From contig JAYVCD010000206.1 of assembly GCA_043750125.1 (NCBI GenBank), positions 1 to 23,820 of the forward strand: a DNA stretch of 23,820 nt, read 5' to 3'. The stretch comes from Archangiaceae bacterium (lineage in GTDB: Bacteria > Myxococcota > Myxococcia > Myxococcales > Myxococcaceae). Made by a program: the position numbers and the translations under genes. The notes under the pieces were generated by a model that saw only the letters and a list, made by a program, of their open reading frames with translations, did not search any database and was not told the origin of the DNA. Of the stretch, positions 7,468 through 15,290 are shown piece after piece. Each line of letters begins with the position of its first letter. Within the stretch, counting starts at the first letter, position 1.

Positions 7468-9073
7468 TCAGTGGGGCACCGCCGGCAAGTCCTGGTCTTT
7501 GTGCCCGGCAAGCCTGGTGCTCTTGTTGTACTTCTGGGACGCCTGAAGGTCCGCGTCGCTCATCCCGGACGACAGGCTGATGGTGGTCGAGGCTTTCTGG
7601 CCGGTCTCTACGTCGCACGCGGCGACGTTCACGATTCCGTTCGAGTCGATTTCGAACGTCACTTCGATCTTCACCTCACCGCGGTAGCCGATGCGGAAAC
7701 CGGCGAACTCGAATTCCCCGAGCATCTCGCACTCGTCGGCTCGGTTCGACTCGCCCTGGTAGACGCGAATCTTCACCTTGTCCTGCCCATCGCGGCTGGT
7801 GGTGAACGTCTTCGACTTGTCGATCGGAATCGGGGTGTTCTTGTCGATGATCTTTTCGGTGAAGCCCCCCACCGTGCCGATGCGCAGGGCCAGCGGCGTC
7901 ACGTCGACGAGGAACGTCTCGGTGGCCTTGTCGATCAGCGCGTGGGCCTGAAGGGCCGCTCCGCAGGCGACGACCTGATCGGGGTCGACCCCTTCTTTGA
8001 CCGGCTTTCCGAAGTAGTGCTGCACCGAGTTGCGGACGATCGGCAGTCGGGTGGGGCCCCCGACGAGGATCACCGCGTCGACCTCGGCCGCGGTCATGCG
8101 CGCCGATTGCAGCGCCTCGTCGCAGACCTTGAACGTGCGCTGCACCAGGTCCATCACCATTCGGTTGAAGTTGTCCTGGGTCAGGGTCTGGACCAGGTCG
8201 AGCACCTTCCCGTCGGCGTCCTGGCAGATTCCGGCACAGTGGATGCTCGCCATTCCATTGATGCCTACGTCGATCTTGGCCCGCTCAGAGGCCTCTTTGA
8301 GCATCTGCAGGCAGTACTTGTTCTGGCGCAGGTCCAGCCGGGTTCGGGTCAGAAAGTCCTCGGCCAGCCAGGTCATGATCCGGTCGTCGAAGTCGTCGCC
8401 CCCGAGGTAGGTGTCCCCGGCGGTCGAGAGGACTTCGAAAACGTCCTTCCCGATCTCCAGAATCGAAACGTCGAACGTGCCGCCGCCCAGGTCGTAGACC
8501 ACCACCCGCTGGTTGACGTTCTTCCCGAAGCCGAACGCGAGCGCCGCGGCCGTCGGCTCATTGAGAATGCGCAGCACATCGAGCCCGGCGATCTTTCCTG
8601 CGTCTTTCGTGCCCTGACGTTGGTTGTCGTTGAAGTGCGGGGACGGTGACGACGGCCTTGGTGATCTCGCGGCCCAGGTGGCCTTCGGCGATCGCCTTCA
8701 TCTCTTTGAGCACCAGTGCAGAAATCTCGGGCAAAGAGAAGGTGCGGTTGCGCACCTCGATGCGCACTGCATTGTTGGGGCCCTCGACGATCTTGTAGGG
8801 CATCACCGCCTGGGCCTTCTTCACTTCATCGCTGAAGAAGAAGCGGCCGATCAGGCGCTTGGCCGAATAGACGGTGTGGTCGGCGTTGGTGATGATGTTC
8901 TTCTTCGCCGCGTTGCCCACCAACACCGACCCGTCTTCCAGAAATGAAACAACGGAGGCGTGGGTGAGCTCTCCCCACTCGTTCGGGATAACCTGTGGCT
9001 TGCCGTCCAGCACCACGGACACACACGAGTACGAGGTGCCCAGGTCGATGCCGATTGCGATGTCGTCCGCCAT
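7468..9073 (-). pseudogene. Hsp70/DnaK-family chaperone paralogue (~535 aa if repaired, lacks the alpha-helical lid), frameshifted near 8635 (genuine lesion or sequencing error)
   Basis: 5' part: GIDLGTSYS, SAKRLIGR, AVVTVPA. The other frame resumes with [31 protein letters not shown], then [38 protein letters not shown] is 2 nt short of the conserved VPAYFN. Confidence 0.88.
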
Positions 9074-9080
9074 TTTTTGA

Positions 9081-9086
9081 ATCCTA
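9081..9086 (-). promoter_or_regulatory. Putative -10 hexamer TAGGAT, 7 nt upstream of the Hsp70 ATG (leaderless-type geometry)
   Basis: The minus strand reads TAGGAT-TCAAAAA-ATG. The AGGA inside it could alternatively serve as a Shine-Dalgarno. Confidence 0.35.
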
Positions 9087-9179
9087 ACCGTCTCTGCAGC
9101 TGTTCGATAAAGTTACGACAGGGAAGGGACGACCGAATGGGCTGTTGTTGATTTCAGGCCGCATCATTACAGGTGACAC

Positions 9180-9995
9180 GTGCCTTCACTTGCAGCCCTT
9201 TTTACTTCCGATCCTTTCCTCGTTCGATGCGAGCTTCATCGGGTGCGCACCCAATTCACTTTGGGCGAGCTGTCCGAAGTGCTGGGGGTTGGCGCCTACG
9301 AAGACTCGGTGGTGCTGCTCAAGAGGTACGGCGCTTCCGTTCCGCGCACCGACCTGTGGGATGCGCCCGAGTCGGACGTGGTGCTGATGCACTCGCAGCC
9401 GCCGACCTCAGCCACCCCGCTGGACGAGAACACCCAGCCGTTTCGCCTGCGGCAGTGGTTGTTCGCCCATGCGGGCGACGTGGACCAGGCCCATCGGGTG
9501 CGCGAGCGGATCTTGAAGCTGTTGCCCGACTTCCTGCTGCGCGCGATTCGCGGCACCACGGTCAGCGAGGCGATTTTTGCCCTCTACCTGGCTCAGCTGC
9601 GCGACCTGGGCCGAATGGAAGACCCGAACCTGCCCGCGCCATTGGCGTCGCAGCTGATGTTGAAAGCCGCGCGCACCGTCGACCAGCTCTCGTCGGAAGT
9701 CGGCGGGACCAGCAAGTCCACCCTGAGCATGGCTGCGACCAACGGGCGGATTCTGGTCGCCGCGCGCCTGGGCTCAGAGCCGATTTTCTACAAGCTGCTC
9801 GAGGGCAGCACGGTGTGCGAGCGCTGCGGGCTGACCGGCGACGGAAAAGACTCTGAGCCGCTGGTTCGAGATCACCGCCGTCGGCGTTCGGTGGTGCTGG
9901 CGAGCCACCCGATCAACAGCGGCTGGGTGGAAGTCGAAGACGGCCAGGCGCTGGCCATCGACCGCAAGCTGTCGATTCAGGTTCTGCGCGACTAA
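9180..9995 (+). CDS. Class II glutamine amidotransferase-like (YafJ/EgtC, Ntn-hydrolase fold) protein with degenerate catalytic residues
   Basis: ENTQPF, WLFAHAG, IRGTTVSE, ATNG and VVLASHP correspond to family motifs NxHPF, FAHNG, GTTDSE and ASEP. No N-terminal Cys; an in-frame TGA at 9174 precludes an upstream start. Confidence 0.75.
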   Translation: MPSLAALFTSDPFLVRCELHRVRTQFTLGELSEVLGVGAYEDSVVLLKRYGASVPRTDLWDAPESDVVLMHSQPPTSATPLDENTQPFRLRQWLFAHAGDVDQAHRVRERILKLLPDFLLRAIRGTTVSEAIFALYLAQLRDLGRMEDPNLPAPLASQLMLKAARTVDQLSSEVGGTSKSTLSMAATNGRILVAARLGSEPIFYKLLEGSTVCERCGLTGDGKDSEPLVRDHRRRRSVVLASHPINSGWVEVEDGQALAIDRKLSIQVLRD

Positions 9996-10717
9996 TAGAA
10001 GCTGGCTTCCAGCACCAGGACCAGCAGGTTGCAGCAGGCATGCAGCACCGCCGCTCCGATGACGCTGCCTGTTTTTTCCCGCATCCAGCCGAAGAGCAGC
10101 GCCGGAAAAAAGACGCCCAGGCGCCAGACTTGAAAAATCGCCAGGTGGCCGAGCGCGAAGAGCACCGCCGTCACCCAGAACGCCTTGCCCAGTCGAGCTC
10201 CGAGGAAGAGGCGTCCTTCGGGCCAGGCATCGCGCAGCCGGGTCTGCAGGTAGCCGCGGTAGAAAAATTCTTCCGGCAGCGCGACGACGAACAGCTGGTC
10301 GATGACCCACTCGGGAAAACGGGCGGGCAGCCGGGGGTGAAAGTGGGGGGCGGTGACATACGGCGCGAGCATCCTGGCCAGCCCACTGGGAAGCCGAAGC
10401 AGCAGCTCTGAAAAGCCGAGGTACCCGACGGTGAAGAGCGGAACAATCAAGCCAAAGAGGATCGCGAACAGCTTCAAGTCCTGCTTCCAGGTTCGAAGAC
10501 TCACTCCGTAGTCGCGGTAATCCTCACCCCGCCGGCGCATCGCCCACAGCGGCAGGTAGAGAAAGCCCGCGGTGGCCACCAGCTTCGCGTACGGGGTGAG
10601 CGCCAGGTAGGTGACGACGATGCCCAGAAAACACAGCGCCCAGAGCGTAACGGCTTCTGCAACGGCACTGCGCGGCAGCCAGCGCGGGGGGGCTTCGAAG
10701 CGGGCGGGCTCAACCAC
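9992..10717 (-). CDS. mrtX: CPBP (type II CAAX/Abi) intramembrane glutamic protease, probable myxosortase MrtX orthologue
   Basis: EEFFYRG (EExxxR), FALGH and HACCN (HxxxN) motifs in a multi-pass membrane protein. KLVATxGFLYLP, EDYRDYG, WVIDQLFVVALPEE and RLRDAWP match my recollection of Myxococcus MrtX; not verified by search. Confidence 0.8.
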   Translation of the reverse strand: MVEPARFEAPPRWLPRSAVAEAVTLWALCFLGIVVTYLALTPYAKLVATAGFLYLPLWAMRRRGEDYRDYGVSLRTWKQDLKLFAILFGLIVPLFTVGYLGFSELLLRLPSGLARMLAPYVTAPHFHPRLPARFPEWVIDQLFVVALPEEFFYRGYLQTRLRDAWPEGRLFLGARLGKAFWVTAVLFALGHLAIFQVWRLGVFFPALLFGWMREKTGSVIGAAVLHACCNLLVLVLEASFY

Positions 10718-10723
10718 CGTCGA

Positions 10724-11209
10724 TCACAGGCCCTTGAGGCGCCCGAGCATCCCAACCGAATTGTAATAGGTGAAAGCCACCTGCGCGGCGACCAGGCGGG
10801 CCCCGTTGGTGAGCGTGGCAGGCTTCCCCGGCTGGAGCTTGACCCCGTCGAGCTTGCTCCCGTTGCGGCTGTTGGCGTCGCGCACCGTCCAGGCTCCGTC
10901 CGCGCCGCGCATGAAGACCAGGTGCACCTGAGACAGGGTGCCGTCGTTGATGATCGCCTCGCACTCCGCGCCCCGACCGAGCTTCAGAGGCGCCCCGTCG
11001 GCACGCGCTTCGAGTGCGAGCGCCAGCGCCTCGCCGGCTTTGCTGGGGGCCGGTGTTTGAGACGGAGCGAGCAGGTGGGTCGTACCCCCGGGCGCCTTCC
11101 ATGCTCCGGGTTCCCAGACGATCCATTCGTGCGGGAACGCGCGGGCGAAGACATCCCCTTCGGAAGAACCGAACCGAAAAGCGAGGGATGACAGCAGGTA
11201 GCTCTTCAA
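10724..11209 (-). CDS. FHA-domain protein (~161 aa)
   Basis: LGRG, SQVH and DANSRNGS FHA motifs. A TTG start at 11209 overlaps the kinase TGA (TTGA), which is more plausible than the track's start inside the kinase. Confidence 0.88.
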   Translation of the reverse strand: MKSYLLSSLAFRFGSSEGDVFARAFPHEWIVWEPGAWKAPGGTTHLLAPSQTPAPSKAGEALALALEARADGAPLKLGRGAECEAIINDGTLSQVHLVFMRGADGAWTVRDANSRNGSKLDGVKLQPGKPATLTNGARLVAAQVAFTYYNSVGMLGRLKGL

Positions 11210-13464
11210 GGTGTGGTTTGGACCCGACGCTTCAAAGCCCAATACCTCTGTTGATATCTCAAGTTCAAAGGGTCGAGGGTGAGCGCCTCTTCATAATGTT
11301 CGATTGCCTTTAAGACCTGGTTGCTCGTTTCGTAGGCATTGCCCCCCACGAACTTCACATGGGCCTTGGCTTCGGCGCCCAGATGGGTGCTCAAGAAGTG
11401 GGCGCGCACCACGTCGATTTCGGTCACCGTCAGGCCCGCCGCGATGCAACGGGCGGCGCCTTTGAAGTTGCCGCGCTGGGCGTCGAACCCCAGCCGGGTG
11501 TGGGCGGTGCCCAGGGTCTCGACGGCCGCCTGAACTTTCGACAGCGCTGCTTGAAGTTGGGCCTTCTGCTCGATCGAAAGCGTGCGGGCCGCGAGCCCCT
11601 CGAGGTTGCGCCGGGCTTCTCGGCCCCGAGCGCGCACTTCCGACAGCTCGGCGTCCTGCATCAGGTTGAGCATCACGTAGTGATCGCCATTGATCCGTTT
11701 GCGGAACTGGGAAAGCACTTCCTCGGCGAAGGGGTCATCGGTGTCGGACCTGGGAGGAAGCGCCGCCTGTGCCGCGGGCAGGCCCTGCACCACCCGACCG
11801 AGCGCCTCTTTCTGCGCCGCGCTCAGGGTGGCGAATTGAACCCCGAAGCCCGGCAACATTCCCCAGGCGCTGGCCTGTTCCCGGGTCACATGGCGGACGA
11901 CTTCCCCGACGCATTCCAGATCTCCTGCCACCGGAAAGGTGACCTTCACCCGGACAAACAGCGCAGGAACGGGGCCCTCGGTGCACAGGAAGCAGCCGCC
12001 TTTCGAGATGTCCTGGCACTTGATGGCCCCCAGAGACTGGCCATCGAGGGTCGCGACCCGGGCTTCGAAGGTAGCGGTGTGGCGGGGATGCGCCGGCATC
12101 GCGGGCGGGTCGACCGGCCGAACGACCGGAGTTTCCCCGCTCGAGGTTCGTGGCGGGGCTGTGGTTTCGCCCGGGGGGGGAAGAACCCAGCGATCGGCGG
12201 GGGTGGGGGACACAGCGACCATCGCGGCAATTGCAGGAGCTCCCAATGGCGGGGTCCCCAGCGAGCCAGGGGCCGAAGCGACGACGGCTCCCTGCAGCGG
12301 CGCGCCGTAGCTCACCGAAACGGCGCCGGCCGAAGCCCATTCGGGCGGGGCTCCGCTGGGGGTGGGGGGCGGGACGGTCGGGGCGATTTCGGCAGGCACC
12401 GGTCGGGGCGAGGACAACGGGGGCGGCGCGATCGGGGTGGCCATCGGCGCGCGGCTTCCGAGCGCCACGGGAGGAACGGCGAATTCCAGCGCAGCCGCCA
12501 GCTCGTCGGCGGTCTGAAACCGGTCTGACGGCTTCTTGGCCAGCGCGCGCATGATCACCGCCGACAGCTCGAGCGGGATCCTGGGGTTCACCTGATGGGG
12601 CGGGGTGGCGATCTTCGACTGGTGGGCGATCAGCAGCCCGGTGAGGCCTCCTCCCGAAAAGGGAAGCTTTCCGGTCGTCAACAGGTAGGCGATGACGCCC
12701 AGCGCATAGAGATCTGTCCGCCCGTCGATCTTCTCGCCGGTGCATTGCTCGGGAGCCATGTACTCGGGGGTGCCGACGATCATTCCGGCGGCGGTCTGCT
12801 CGCTGGCGACTTCGGTGGCGAAGAGCTTGGCGATTCCGAAGTCGAGGATCTTGGCGAAGTTCTCGTTGCGACCGCGCTTGATCAGAAAAATGTTCTCGGG
12901 CTTCAGGTCGCGGTGGACCACCCCGTGGCGGTGCGCCGCGTCGAGCGCGTCGCAGACCTGGGTGAGAATCGGGACCACGATCTCGGGCGCGACCGGGCCG
13001 TTGGCCAGCACGTTCAGCGGCCGGCCTTCGAGCAGTTCCATGATCAGGTAATACCGATTGGGCGGGATCACGTTCATGTCGAAGATGTTGACGATGTTCT
13101 CGTGCCCGATCAGGTTGACCGCCCGCGCTTCAGCGTAGAAGCGGGACACCAGGCTTGCGTTGCTCGCCAGGTGGTCGTGGAGAATCTTGATCGCCACCTT
13201 GCTGCCGATCACCGTCTGCTCGCCCATGTAGACGGTGCCCATTCCTCCCTTCCCGATCACCTTCACCACCCGGAATGAGCCGATCGCGGTGCCGATCATC
13301 GGGTCGGCGCTGGACCCCGAAGGCGCTGGAGTGGCCGCGCTGTTGGGCGTGCCCCGGGCAGGCTCTTCCCAGGGCAGCATCTCGCGCGTGCCCGAAGTTG
13401 CGCGAATGATGGTTGAGCAGCTCACGTTGGAAGCGTGATCCTGCCTGCAGAGTGGACACGTCAT
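11206..13464 (-). CDS. Hanks-type Ser/Thr protein kinase, Pkn1-like architecture (N-terminal Cys/His knuckle, kinase, Pro-rich linker, PilZ-like domain, degenerate J-like segment, TPR)
   Basis: GKGGMG, VAIK, HRDLKPEN, DFG, GTPEYMAPE, DLYALG; PilZ-like QDISKGGCFL...GFGVQF; C-terminal AIEHYEEALTLDP; no transmembrane helix. Confidence 0.93.
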   Translation of the reverse strand: MTCPLCRQDHASNVSCSTIIRATSGTREMLPWEEPARGTPNSAATPAPSGSSADPMIGTAIGSFRVVKVIGKGGMGTVYMGEQTVIGSKVAIKILHDHLASNASLVSRFYAEARAVNLIGHENIVNIFDMNVIPPNRYYLIMELLEGRPLNVLANGPVAPEIVVPILTQVCDALDAAHRHGVVHRDLKPENIFLIKRGRNENFAKILDFGIAKLFATEVASEQTAAGMIVGTPEYMAPEQCTGEKIDGRTDLYALGVIAYLLTTGKLPFSGGGLTGLLIAHQSKIATPPHQVNPRIPLELSAVIMRALAKKPSDRFQTADELAAALEFAVPPVALGSRAPMATPIAPPPLSSPRPVPAEIAPTVPPPTPSGAPPEWASAGAVSVSYGAPLQGAVVASAPGSLGTPPLGAPAIAAMVAVSPTPADRWVLPPPGETTAPPRTSSGETPVVRPVDPPAMPAHPRHTATFEARVATLDGQSLGAIKCQDISKGGCFLCTEGPVPALFVRVKVTFPVAGDLECVGEVVRHVTREQASAWGMLPGFGVQFATLSAAQKEALGRVVQGLPAAQAALPPRSDTDDPFAEEVLSQFRKRINGDHYVMLNLMQDAELSEVRARGREARRNLEGLAARTLSIEQKAQLQAALSKVQAAVETLGTAHTRLGFDAQRGNFKGAARCIAAGLTVTEIDVVRAHFLSTHLGAEAKAHVKFVGGNAYETSNQVLKAIEHYEEALTLDPLNLRYQQRYWALKRRVQTTP

Positions 13465-13495
13465 CTGAGCCGCGACACCTTAGGTCGCGGCTCAG
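13465..13495. repeat. Perfect 12-bp inverted repeat (CTGAGCCGCGAC-N7-GTCGCGGCTCAG) directly abutting the kinase start codon
   Basis: Arms 13465..13476 and 13484..13495; the loop on the minus strand is CTAAGGT; no U-tract. Confidence 0.85.
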
Positions 13496-13518
13496 GCTCG
13501 ATCAGCAGCAAATCGGGC

Positions 13519-15261
13519 TCAGTGAGGGTGCAGCGCCGCCTTGAAGTCTTCCAGCGACCTTGCATTGAGCACGTTGGCTTTGCGCGCCCACCCCTTGCGC
13601 GCGGTACTGACCGCATAGGGCAGGTTGTCATGCAGGTCGGAAACCGAGTGGGCATCGGTACTTACCACCAGGTTCAAGTTGCGCTGGAGCGCGAGCCGGA
13701 CGTGCTCGGCGGACAGATCGAGGCGCTCGGGTGAGCCATTGACCTCGATGGTGATTTTCCGTTCGGCGGCCTTGTCGAGAATCTGTTCCATCCGCATCGC
13801 GGCCGGCTCGCGCTTGAGCAGCAGCCGGCCGGTCGGGTGGCCCCAGATCATGAAGAAGGGGTTGTCGAATGCCGCCAGCACCCGCCTGGTCATCTGCTCT
13901 TCGTTCTGAGAATGACGCTGGTGAATCGAGCAGATCACCACGTCGAGTTGCTCGAGGAACTTCTCGGGGTAGTCGAGCTGCCCATCTTCGAGAATGTCGC
14001 TCTCGATGCCCTTGAGCAGGGTGAAGCCTTTGACCTTCGCGTTGACTGCGTCGATTTCGTCCCATTGCCGCTTGATGTCGTCTTCCTTCAAGCCGCCCGC
14101 GTACGCCGCCGTCTGCGAATGCTCGGTGACGGTGAGGTAGGTCAGGCCCATCGCCCGGGCGGCCAACGCCATCTCTTCGAGCGAGTTGCGCCCGTCGCTC
14201 CAGGTGGTGTGCGAGTGCACGTTGCCCAGAATGTCGCTTTGGGTGATCAAGTCTTGCGGCAGCCGGTGCTCGAGCGCTGCTTCGACTTCGCCCCAATCTT
14301 CGCGAAGCTCGGGAGGCACCGGCTGCATGTCGAGCAGCGCGTAGATGTCGTCCTCGGTGATGATCTTGAGCTTCTCTTCGCCGCGGTGAACTCCCCATTC
14401 GGAAATCTTCAAGCCCCGGTCGATGGCCAGGCTGCGCAGCCGGATGTGGTGCGCCTTCGAGCCGGTGAAGTGGTGGAGCGCGGTGGCGAAGTCCTCGTCG
14501 GGAAGCACCCGAAGGTCGACCTGCAGGTCGCCGTCCTTGTCGTATAGGCGCACCGAGGCCTTGCTCTCGCCCTGTGCGATGACCTGGGCCACGTCGGCCA
14601 TCGTCGTCAGCTGCTTGAAGATCGGACCTGGGTCGGCGGCCGAGACGATCAAGTCCACGTCTGAGACGGTCTCGCGCATGCGTCGGACGCTGCCTCCCAG
14701 CGAGGCGCGGACCACTCCGGGCGCGCTCTGAATGAGCTCGAGCAGCTTCAGGGCCCTGGGCAGCACCTGCGAGAGGCGACGGCGCGAGCCGGTGGTGGTT
14801 CGCCGCGCGACCTCGATCGCGGCCAGCAGCTTCTCTTCGGTCTTTTCGCCAAAGCCCTTCAGGCCGCGGACGAGGTGGGCCTTACAGGCGGCCTCGAGCT
14901 GATCGATGCTGCCGATCTGCAGCTGCTCGTGAAGGATCTTCGCCTTCTTCGGCCCGAGCTCGGGCACCTGCAGCAGCTCGAGCACCCCCGGGGGAAACTG
15001 CGCGCGCAGCTCTTCGAGCGCGGCGATCTTCCCGGTCGTCACCAATTCGGTGATCTTCGCGGCCATGCTTTCGCCGATGCCGGGCAGCGAGGTGAGCTTG
15101 CCCTGGGCCACCAGCTCGCCGATGTCGTCGGCCAGCCCGGCGATCCTCTCGGCGGCGATCTCATAGGCGCGGGTCTTGAAGCTGTTCTCGCCGTTGATCT
15201 GTTTGAGCAGCCCCATGTCGCGCAGAGCTTTCACTACTGCCGACTTGTCATTGAGCACCAT
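13519..15261 (-). CDS. polX: DNA polymerase X with a C-terminal PHP (3'-5' exonuclease) domain
   Basis: GENSFKTRAY, HhH motifs LPGIG and LKGFGEK, GSVRR-x5-SDVD plus VDLR (catalytic Asp triad intact), FTGSK; PHP motifs HSHTTWSDG, TEH, GIESD, GHPTGR, TDAH. Confidence 0.95.
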   Translation of the reverse strand: MVLNDKSAVVKALRDMGLLKQINGENSFKTRAYEIAAERIAGLADDIGELVAQGKLTSLPGIGESMAAKITELVTTGKIAALEELRAQFPPGVLELLQVPELGPKKAKILHEQLQIGSIDQLEAACKAHLVRGLKGFGEKTEEKLLAAIEVARRTTTGSRRRLSQVLPRALKLLELIQSAPGVVRASLGGSVRRMRETVSDVDLIVSAADPGPIFKQLTTMADVAQVIAQGESKASVRLYDKDGDLQVDLRVLPDEDFATALHHFTGSKAHHIRLRSLAIDRGLKISEWGVHRGEEKLKIITEDDIYALLDMQPVPPELREDWGEVEAALEHRLPQDLITQSDILGNVHSHTTWSDGRNSLEEMALAARAMGLTYLTVTEHSQTAAYAGGLKEDDIKRQWDEIDAVNAKVKGFTLLKGIESDILEDGQLDYPEKFLEQLDVVICSIHQRHSQNEEQMTRRVLAAFDNPFFMIWGHPTGRLLLKREPAAMRMEQILDKAAERKITIEVNGSPERLDLSAEHVRLALQRNLNLVVSTDAHSVSDLHDNLPYAVSTARKGWARKANVLNARSLEDFKAALHPH

Positions 15262-15271
15262 GGCGCAGAGG

Positions 15272-15281
15272 AGGATAACGT
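15272..15281. promoter_or_regulatory. Putative bidirectional promoter: overlapping -10 hexamers TATCCT (minus) and TAACGT (plus) sharing a central TA
   Basis: AGGATAACGT lies in the 29-bp gap between divergent ATGs at 15261 and 15291; the spacers to the ATGs are 10 and 9 nt. Confidence 0.45.
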
Positions 15282-15290
15282 CTGCCGCCC

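Noticed and set aside
8558..9073. Hsp70 halves as two genuine separate genes or a programmed frameshift
   Set aside because: The break lies inside a conserved ATPase-domain motif and no slippery sequence is evident.
13465..13495. Hairpin as the intrinsic terminator of polX
   Set aside because: There is no U-tract on either side and it runs straight into the next ATG; kept as a regulatory candidate instead.
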